The notes beneath the pieces are model-generated. The model saw only the letters and a program-made list of their open reading frames with translations, had not been told where the DNA came from and did no database searches. Shown here in pieces: positions 58,701-64,000 of a stretch of 64,000 bases of DNA (the first letter of the stretch is position 1; the number at the start of each line of letters is the position of its first letter). The DNA is taken from the IMG/VR virus record IMGVR_UViG_3300006737_000030, positions 3,087 through 67,086 of that record, one strand, 5' to 3'. Made by a program: the position numbers and the translations under genes. This DNA is from a virus.

Positions 58701-61203
58701 TCCTATCTAATCTTGTTTTACCAGTTAGAACATTTGGAATCCACTCATAATCATCAACAAATGTTCCCATTGGATAGGGACCAGTATCCTGCACTGGACC
58801 TCCTTCTCTGGATGCTTTAAGAGAATATCCAGTACTCATCCGAACAATAGTTGAATCCTTATCAAGGGGATCCTGATGACCATACGGACCATATATTGGG
58901 TGTCCATCATAAGCAAATCCAAGAATAGGAGAATGAACAAGGGTTTGTGTTTCTTCTAGTGTAGTTGCTGTTAAATTATCACCTAATCTATAACGAAGTC
59001 TCTTTGGATTACCAACAACACCATAAAACTTCTCATCAAGATTATTAGAAACAACTAATCCACCATTATCATCTAAATTCTGTGTGTTATCATAAAATCT
59101 ATTCTTAACCCACTCATATATTGTTGATGTAGCAGTAGCACCACTATAAAGAGCGTCTGGTATAACAACTACTTTAATATTTTCTTGAGTATAAAATTTA
59201 CCACCATCAACTTTAACAACATCGATAATTTTACCTTCTGTAGAAATTACAGCATTATATTGGGCAAATCTTCCTTTACCATTATTATCAGTTATAATAA
59301 TTGCTGGTGGAGATGAATAATATTCCCCAGCATTAATAATTCTAATACTACTAACAGAACCAGATGTAACAACTGCTTGTAAATCAGCACCTCTACCTGA
59401 AACAATTTCAACAATTGGTGGTGCTGTATAACTATCCTGTGAAATAGATTCTACGGAAGTGATAAAATCTCCAGTAAGTATTGCTCTTGCCTTTCCAGAT
59501 ATACCATTAAGTAAAACAAATGGTGGTTTTTGATATCCCGATCCACGTTTAGTGATACTAAATGAAGTAACTGGACCAAAACTAATCAATTCATCATCTT
59601 TTACATTATAAGCAATAGTACCATCAACAAAAACACCAACATCACTCCTAGGAGTACTATACACCTCTGTTGTAGTAGTTACTGTTTTTGGTATCATCTT
59701 AAGTAACTGTGGATCAGTTAATGTATCTGATACGTTTGCAGGTAAAATATCTGTTGAAGGATAACTAGAAGTTGCAATATAATAATATTGCTTATCCTCA
59801 TATAATGAAGAAACATCAGCAATATACTCACTCAAACCCGTTGCTATAACTGGGTTTAGAGGGACTGCTGGAGAGACAGCATTTACATTTACTTTCCATC
59901 TATAATTTTGTGCTGATTCATCATAAAGAACAGGATCTCTTGATTCGAACCCTGAATTGGTAACTTGTACCCTATCACCTGCACGAGAATAAGGTTCTAC
60001 CTCATCAATATCTAAACGAGTTAATATTCCGTAGATTAATAAAGAAACAAAACCATTAGGAGTTTCAGCAAGTGCAGTAGAGTAATTATATACTTTATCT
60101 CCTACACCATGTGCTTGTGTAATAGTTCCACGTTCTTCTATAGTAAATTGTCTTGCGGATTTAGAAGAATATCTAATTTTCTCACCATTAATAACAATAG
60201 TACCTTCATTGTCTTTCCATCCAAAGGTAGAATCAACAGTAATTAAATCACCTTGATTATTTGTAGCACTAACTACTTTATCTAATGTAGTTTGTTGAGG
60301 AATAACAAACTCTCCATTCATACTAGATGGACTTATAATTAAATTAAAGAGTCCTGTACCAATTTGTACAACATTTTCTACAACTGCAGAAGCATACGGA
60401 AGGTTTGGTAAATTCTTATCTGCTTGCTGGATTATCTCTTCTCCAAGCAACCAATTCACATCACCAGATAATACAACTGCTTGTAGTGCATATGTACTAT
60501 CCCAATCAGAAGTAGAAACTTTTAATGTATTATCTTTAGGGTTATAAGTTGTAGGAACATCGTCTGCACTCTTTGATATGAGAGTATTGAAGATGAAGCG
60601 AATAGATTTATCATTTCCCTTTACTTTATAAAAGGATCCGATATTTTTAATAAGAGTTCTCTTATCTACATCATCTTTTAGATATGCTTCAGGGAATGAA
60701 TCTAAATATTCCTTCTCAAATGCCTTTGTAAGGGCATATAAGAAAAGATGACTCAAGTTATCTACATTTACCCCAGCACTATGTTCAACAGCAACAGAAG
60801 ACGAATAAACGTCATCTGTGTACAAATCACCTAATTTAGTATTTCCACTAACTCCTCTAGAAACTTCTGTTAATGTATTACCATCTCTTTCTTTATAAAA
60901 CAGAATTTCATCATCTATTTTAATATATCCGTTCCTTTCTGGGAATGATGTCCCATCTTGTAATATTACTTGATTAACTGTATCACTAATTGCAGCAACT
61001 AATGTGGATCTTTCTTTCAGTAAATGCTTCTCATAATAATCCACATCACGATAATTCGTGATATTTGCTATAATATCCAATGGTTGACCAGCAGATTCTA
61101 ACTGCTCATAATAACCTTCTAAAACTTTAGTAAAGTTCTCATATTCAGCAGTAATAAAACCTGGCAGTTGATCTTCAATTAAAGAAGAGATCTGTGTATT
61201 CAT
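52720..61203 (-). CDS. gp7: Baseplate wedge initiator gp7-like (2827 aa)
   Basis: I..QLP.FI..EY..F...L..YY, LIKNI..FY..KG...SI.F.F, HSPI.G.AYDG.PIYGPYG, LD..NGRFC.TPEYP.G.YAY, DS.FYQD.SYV, HPAGFK.FGE. Lies between gp6 and gp8. Confidence 0.82.
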   Translation of the reverse strand: MNTQISSLIEDQLPGFITAEYENFTKVLEGYYEQLESAGQPLDIIANITNYRDVDYYEKHLLKERSTLVAAISDTVNQVILQDGTSFPERNGYIKIDDEILFYKERDGNTLTEVSRGVSGNTKLGDLYTDDVYSSSVAVEHSAGVNVDNLSHLFLYALTKAFEKEYLDSFPEAYLKDDVDKRTLIKNIGSFYKVKGNDKSIRFIFNTLISKSADDVPTTYNPKDNTLKVSTSDWDSTYALQAVVLSGDVNWLLGEEIIQQADKNLPNLPYASAVVENVVQIGTGLFNLIISPSSMNGEFVIPQQTTLDKVVSATNNQGDLITVDSTFGWKDNEGTIVINGEKIRYSSKSARQFTIEERGTITQAHGVGDKVYNYSTALAETPNGFVSLLIYGILTRLDIDEVEPYSRAGDRVQVTNSGFESRDPVLYDESAQNYRWKVNVNAVSPAVPLNPVIATGLSEYIADVSSLYEDKQYYYIATSSYPSTDILPANVSDTLTDPQLLKMIPKTVTTTTEVYSTPRSDVGVFVDGTIAYNVKDDELISFGPVTSFSITKRGSGYQKPPFVLLNGISGKARAILTGDFITSVESISQDSYTAPPIVEIVSGRGADLQAVVTSGSVSSIRIINAGEYYSSPPAIIITDNNGKGRFAQYNAVISTEGKIIDVVKVDGGKFYTQENIKVVVIPDALYSGATATSTIYEWVKNRFYDNTQNLDDNGGLVVSNNLDEKFYGVVGNPKRLRYRLGDNLTATTLEETQTLVHSPILGFAYDGHPIYGPYGHQDPLDKDSTIVRMSTGYSLKASREGGPVQDTGPYPMGTFVDDYEWIPNVLTGKTRLDRNNGRFCVTPEYPQGVYAYYITIDKDNNSVFPHIVGNNFYSVPVASNYEYNVKQDSIPPESKRLFIEGTDNNGENEVAIIENVSEGSVSSVTAEDSQPIYGVGSKIYVDDTNSGGEGASGVVSSTYGKPVKSIESVEVKASILTSVTPLYSFAGDIITQASTGASGELLRDTTEETSFVIRNVQGKFESETDISTSGISVSNKLITSGSNVVNLLLSQDSTYSKDATISLVEKANTDNIFATGKVLISTTNQNSVRILVESGDFNDHLNYSVGETILKSSDISNTAATEISFVKQLSKDIVIIGSQDNIAILETDGNHSMGEGDVVNIEIDPDATTTESTYWVRRKKFQELDLIPVNYNGKLNDTGIGSSSLIGYGSGYDAGTYTDIELEFSSYTESRSDVVKAKVKIVIGDTNNISSLEITDAGSGYRKDDILTITDASVTKITGAPNPMIPLLVVNSIGLGKERTDAVLDTVYSLSNGDILKINNELVKILSIDQNTRKVSFERGYNNTDIVNHSLGVPVTFNDPQYNFTFNDKIFGTGANDPRVISYNTETHKLLIAFDFVNEGATNPLRITDVSTFEDHSTPAKLVSISRAFDKVEKLQFSPDNTNFETNPVLQIQKYYFYKFDTSHPSMLGSYLDISTSPNYNIFTEEKEVSLIEPGNTGSNIRIRLGYGPNIGDIKRKAVNFISYYYFLTTEDIDTGGSYLSVNEDPLAGNKTITYTTPDKFVYNLDSVPQYDGTGDMRYTGKSIGKIATVTLDNLGFGYKTLPIIKGVVPANDNKAQINAIRNIVTGKITELNLLNGGSGYVNPEAIVFGDGSGLTIDLLVKNGAIVKAEISNGGSDYTYTPLIEVIETSNKLYFESEEIGKPDSVRFVRYGSNYHNDKSILPSFNSPSTFVLSGFDDDAFEYGEIVEQKVNNVVVASGVVSKTGWKKGINILRLEKIDGVFREGYPITNRQRGGTATIVSIKKSSFKPVITTRESRIGKFTSDRGKVSSLNQRITDSNFYQDYSYVIRSRTPIDKWRNALKDTTHPAGFKMFGEVYVESEGSNRMNPVQQNIQNVTTYLCIPTPKITSSSVTRTITETIIGSANINVRRGLGSVSVDAFDETMTRVREITLSPAFDGVFDSDTGQSVGTQEFTIIDKATGSAYTPYNEQELMISLDGIVQQPIRTYRVTGNQIKFYEAPLGQRTEEGVVVPSVLFYGKAFKFREDTNNARYLKRLKDISDQFDGRQKNFDLYYEDGSIVKTDLNENLLLYLDAILLQDTYTVRRFVSANKTDRLIFKKAPKNFADLYEGVPNSLQGEQYFHGHTVGSYERLHIDENVIPFSTSNSYLILDENNRVKTFDDPLYAYVFVNGVLQRHLESYRIVGPSIIFNRPLKYALQSDGSYTTAKVNILYFYGKDYEPTLTFFDHEQDVFYNRTTITIDGKYDEFSSWYGPNSSSPTSAYQIINGVKESWGYLIEVQKNAGTEWQLVMRSHNIEYIDGNKIFVTRGDGNDLELSVTSFNVSYNTNSSGERLLNRMESNIIPWLNTTDISDSYEYKGEIIKEHPSLKKGDMIKIDGEFDWREVTSTPLIAKSKQYNDGESVSNSFFAKVKATEYNGDVYGEGFTVTAAVKDGVINTLSWNKRDLDLFFKNNILLNPTAYNYYTPPVINFIPVDGKGGGAKAEVLVHGGQILDIVLIDGGSGYEKAPRCVISRGYDIVRKNDTFESSVEIVINGLAGANIAGASSEDYLWKHEVLNHEVSLVSPMISLLVTLHRWHMPVRNTTFQAHEQFITKIITPQPPEPKTMSSSGSTASRLELRPNLDTSYITYQNQSTMHQQTGVVDMLEQPVENGDSFTQGKLGTTVATFMEYLFMDHGEFNVSGINIEQFEIFYPFLAINQNPNNWMENYTIDYSSVTSSGVLFNPGIPSIHDRGGNLDQAFNIGDTFLYITGSTANFPSSGKLLVGKEVIEYDGTVNFDRFVITARGVNGTTEEDHLAGDYFRTLGKYN

Positions 61204-63000
61204 TTACTCTGGATATACCGCAAATTTGCTGTTCGTGATATCTACATCTAGATAAAGACTTCTAGTAGCAGAAATATCGTTATTTTCTGGTTCTACTCGA
61301 ACCTCAATTTTATTATCGTAAAATGTTCCTTTTATGATAGTCAAATCATATATCTTAATTTCACCTAGAACATAATCAATATCTCCAACATTATCATTAA
61401 CCACAACTTTATCACCAGTTGCAGGATCTATTCTATATAGTACTATTTTACCACCCCTATCTTCCATGTACACAACATAATTTGGTTGTTCGGAAATAAC
61501 AAAACCAGTACTACTAATAACAGATCCATCACATGAATTCTTAAAGGAATTCTGGAAGCACAACTCATAAAAATAAGTAGAGTTAATAGCAGGATAAAAA
61601 TCCTTCCTCATAGTAACAGTAGTTGTATTCGATGTTATTGACGCATCAGTTTCATCTATTACACCAACATATTTACTATGACGATATTTACCATTAAATT
61701 TCTCTGTCCCAGACAATTTAGAATAATCAGACACAGAAGTAATCACTTTTGATTTTATATCTTCCGCAAACTGATTAGTCACCCTTGTGTTATAGTTAAT
61801 TCTACTGCTTAACTCAAGATAAACAATAGAAGGGTCTATAATATCTGCAGTAACAGAAGCAACAGAATAATCCTTTAATTGCTCAATAATTTGTTGTTTA
61901 GTAAAGGTAGATAATTTAGATCCACTATTTGGTTTGATTACAATCTTTACCTTGCCAAATTCAGGATATCTTTCCTCTTCACCACCATAAACAATAATGT
62001 CAGAGACCGCAGGGTATATTTTACGTACTATCGCAGAATAATCTGCTGCTGTAACTGCTCTGTTCTGTGTTGAATACAGTTTTGGAGCATTAAACTTAAT
62101 CTTATCAATATCTTCTATTGCTGCTCCTCCAGAGGCAGCAGAAACAGTTGTAATATTTGATACACTTATTGGAGGTGAAATACCATTTTCGTCTTGTAAT
62201 ACACCACTAAACGTAAATGTTGATGCTCCATTAGTAGTTTCACCATTAGTAATCAAATATGTTACTTCAACAAACTCATTATTATCTAATTTACGTCCAA
62301 TTACTCCATCACCAAAGAAAAGTTGATACTGTTCATCTAAATTTTCATCAACATAGAAAATATTATCTGTAGCACCTATATCAATAATGCTATTCACTTG
62401 ATTAAAATAAACAAATGAGGTAGCATTCTCTTGTGGAAAAACTTTTACTCTAATTGTACTGGTATCTGCTCCAGAATTTGTTAACTTAAACTTTTGTTTG
62501 GTGTTTGCAGTTTGAACTGTATATGAATCTGTAACTAATGTACCTTCATACAAGGATACATTTTCAAAGATTGCTTGGTTATTTGCAACAGGAACCTTAT
62601 AATCTTCAACAACGACATATTTGTAGAGTTTGTCGTCAAAAGATGTTACAAATCCTGTTCCTTTTTTGAGAATTATTATAGAAGGTGCTGTACCAGTAAA
62701 GGTTACATTAAAATTAACTACTGCTTCTGGTGAAACTACTGATTTTGGTTTATAACCTAACTGTTTTGCTATAGTGATTACGTTATCTCTTAACGTAGCA
62801 GACTCTAGAAACAGTTCATTTACCACCATATTAGTGTTAAATGCTGTATAATAAGTATTATACGCTAAAACATCTAGTAAATTACTCCATGTTGAACCTT
62901 CAAAATCAAAATCACTAAAATCTGTCTTCGCTCGAAGATAGTCCTTTAGCGAAGTTTTAATATCTATAAAGTCTAGATTATTTACTTGCGTATATTTCAT
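61204..63000 (-). CDS. gp6: Baseplate wedge subunit gp6
   Basis: LDF..IK..LK.YL....F.D.DFEGS...LLD.LAYNTYY, E.FL.SA.LR, FGDG..G, QNRAVTA.DY. Confidence 0.93.
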   Translation of the reverse strand: MKYTQVNNLDFIDIKTSLKDYLRAKTDFSDFDFEGSTWSNLLDVLAYNTYYTAFNTNMVVNELFLESATLRDNVITIAKQLGYKPKSVVSPEAVVNFNVTFTGTAPSIIILKKGTGFVTSFDDKLYKYVVVEDYKVPVANNQAIFENVSLYEGTLVTDSYTVQTANTKQKFKLTNSGADTSTIRVKVFPQENATSFVYFNQVNSIIDIGATDNIFYVDENLDEQYQLFFGDGVIGRKLDNNEFVEVTYLITNGETTNGASTFTFSGVLQDENGISPPISVSNITTVSAASGGAAIEDIDKIKFNAPKLYSTQNRAVTAADYSAIVRKIYPAVSDIIVYGGEEERYPEFGKVKIVIKPNSGSKLSTFTKQQIIEQLKDYSVASVTADIIDPSIVYLELSSRINYNTRVTNQFAEDIKSKVITSVSDYSKLSGTEKFNGKYRHSKYVGVIDETDASITSNTTTVTMRKDFYPAINSTYFYELCFQNSFKNSCDGSVISSTGFVISEQPNYVVYMEDRGGKIVLYRIDPATGDKVVVNDNVGDIDYVLGEIKIYDLTIIKGTFYDNKIEVRVEPENNDISATRSLYLDVDITNSKFAVYPE

Positions 63001-63392
63001 TGAGTTCTCTGAAGCAGGAAGTTAATCTCTTGTGGAGTATCATCTTGACGACCAACAATTTCATATTCCAAATGAACAGTAAATGAATTCTGTTCAAATT
63101 CAGGTTCCACTACCAATTCAACAATACCAATTCTTGGTTCGTAATTTCTAATAGTTGTTTTTATCTCACTTTGTATTTGTGCTGCTACACCAAAATCTAA
63201 TGGTTCAAATAATAATTCAGAGATTCTAGATCCCAAATTACTTTGGAATGGTCTTTCACCAGGTATAGTCAACAATAGATTTACAACCGATTGCTTCACT
63301 GCAGCATCTTCCTTTGTTACTTGCAAATCACCAGTAACAGGATGAGGCATAAAATTTATTTTTAAATCCTTTAACGGAGCGTATCTCGGCAC
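62997..63392 (-). CDS. gp25: Baseplate wedge subunit gp25
   Basis: HPVT.D....D..AVKQSV.NL.LT..GERPF....GS.I..LLFE...I...EPR. GTG start, 4-nt overlap with gp6. Confidence 0.92.
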   Translation of the reverse strand: MPRYAPLKDLKINFMPHPVTGDLQVTKEDAAVKQSVVNLLLTIPGERPFQSNLGSRISELLFEPLDFGVAAQIQSEIKTTIRNYEPRIGIVELVVEPEFEQNSFTVHLEYEIVGRQDDTPQEINFLLQRTQ

Positions 63393-63409
63393 AACAACAC
63401 TATTTTGAG

Positions 63410-63721
63410 TTATTTATGCACACTATAGAAGGTATACTTCAAAAACAACTCCTCACCTGCCTTTATAGGTCTTATAGTCTTTATATAGTACTTGGTATAA
63501 TACTTGTTATCAACTGGGTATTTCACACAATTAGGATCATCACTATGATTAATAAAACCGCCTAATGGTGTACGAAATGTTTCCTTAAATAAAATTTCCA
63601 ATAAAATATGAGATAGACCAAGTTCGGTATCAACAGGGATATCTTCTTTAGCGAATATCCCTTGACCTGCAACTTGACTATCTCCTATATGCAATGCATC
63701 TGGCAATGCTTTATAACTCAA
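63410..63721 (-). CDS. Minimal SET-domain protein-lysine methyltransferase (103 aa)
   Basis: S..AGQGIFA..DI (SAM-binding GxG), FINHS..PNC (NHS motif), I.AGEELFL.Y (ELxxxY motif). TTG start overlaps the upstream stop. Confidence 0.85.
   Translation of the reverse strand: MSYKALPDALHIGDSQVAGQGIFAKEDIPVDTELGLSHILLEILFKETFRTPLGGFINHSDDPNCVKYPVDNKYYTKYYIKTIRPIKAGEELFLKYTFYSVHK
63411..63418 (-). promoter_or_regulatory. Late promoter CATAAATA for gp25-gp6-gp7
   Basis: ATAAATA core overlapping the SET stop, 18 nt upstream of the gp25 start. Confidence 0.6.
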
Positions 63722-63861
63722 CGACCTTGACCTCTATATCTCTTCTTTGCTTTATTTCTTGATGTAGCAGAAAACTTTGAATGCTTTCCATATCCTTGTC
63801 TAGATTTCTTTGGATGTGGTTCTATAGTTACCAATCCATTTGAACTTGTTCTAATTCCCAT
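63718..63861 (-). CDS. Small Lys/Arg-rich peptide (47 aa; absent from ORF track)
   Basis: MGIRTSSNGLVTIEPHPKKSRQGYGKHSKFSATSRNKAKKRYRGQGR*. The KK.RQG...KK.YRGQG pattern is familiar from T4-like cyanophages near gp25. Confidence 0.75.
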   Translation of the reverse strand: MGIRTSSNGLVTIEPHPKKSRQGYGKHSKFSATSRNKAKKRYRGQGR

Positions 63862-63879
63862 GTTTTGTATTTAAATAAA

Positions 63880-63952
63880 CTCCCGATGCTGGACTCGAAC
63901 CAGCGACATAGTGATTAACAGTCACCCGTTCTACCAACTGAACTAATCGGGA
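63880..63952 (-). tRNA. tRNA-Asn (GTT), CCA not encoded
   Basis: TCCCGAT acceptor pairs with ATCGGGA, discriminator G. D arm TAGTTCAGTTGGTAGAAC, anticodon arm GGTGA-CTGTTAA-TCACT, T arm GCTGG-TTCGAGT-CCAGC. Confidence 0.95.
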
Positions 63953-63957
63953 AGGTA

Positions 63958-64000
63958 GTGGGTGGGAGGTTGGATTAATGTGTACCAACAAGTAAGGGGC
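63958..64000 (-). ncRNA. 3' end of a possible structured ncRNA (manA-like motif), truncated by the window edge
   Basis: GC-rich non-coding GCCCCTTACTT-GTTGG-TACACATTAAT-CCAAC-CTCCCACC with a GTTGG/CCAAC stem, immediately 5' of the tRNA. Resemblance to the cyanophage manA RNA is from memory only. Confidence 0.35.

Noticed and set aside
42693-61203. Inteins, introns or homing endonucleases in the very large baseplate genes
   Set aside because: Frames are uninterrupted and I saw no intein C...HN(C/S/T) boundaries or LAGLIDADG/HNH/GIY-YIG motifs. Size is explained by repeated beta modules.

Overview
AT-rich window from a T4-like marine myovirus. Gene order, small conserved ORFs and late-promoter style point to a Prochlorococcus/Synechococcus cyanomyovirus (P-SSM2-like); this is inferred, not searched. 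Almost everything is on the minus strand. Read in transcription order: possible structured ncRNA end, tRNA-Asn(GTT), 47-aa basic peptide, SET-domain protein, baseplate gp25-gp6-gp7-gp8 and a VrlC-like 2688-aa protein. Next comes ~42 kb of fibre/structural genes, including modular fibres, three tandem paralogues, a subtilisin fused to a cupredoxin-like domain, a 2062-aa repeat protein and a Cys-rich fibre with its chaperone. Embedded among them is a late operon: GT9-like glycosyltransferase, carbamoyltransferase, heptose nucleotidyltransferase, kinase, HAD phosphatase and cupin, with a convergent hldD. The window ends in neck gp13. T4-type late promoters (NATAAATA) punctuate the region. The best candidate for an undescribed system is a phage-encoded NDP-heptose, heptosyltransferase and carbamoyltransferase pathway, possibly decorating the phage's own (Cys-rich) fibres. 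Secondary candidates are the SET methyltransferase coupled to a histone-tail-like peptide and copper-site domains on virion-associated proteins. All family calls come from motif recognition by eye; no database searches were run.
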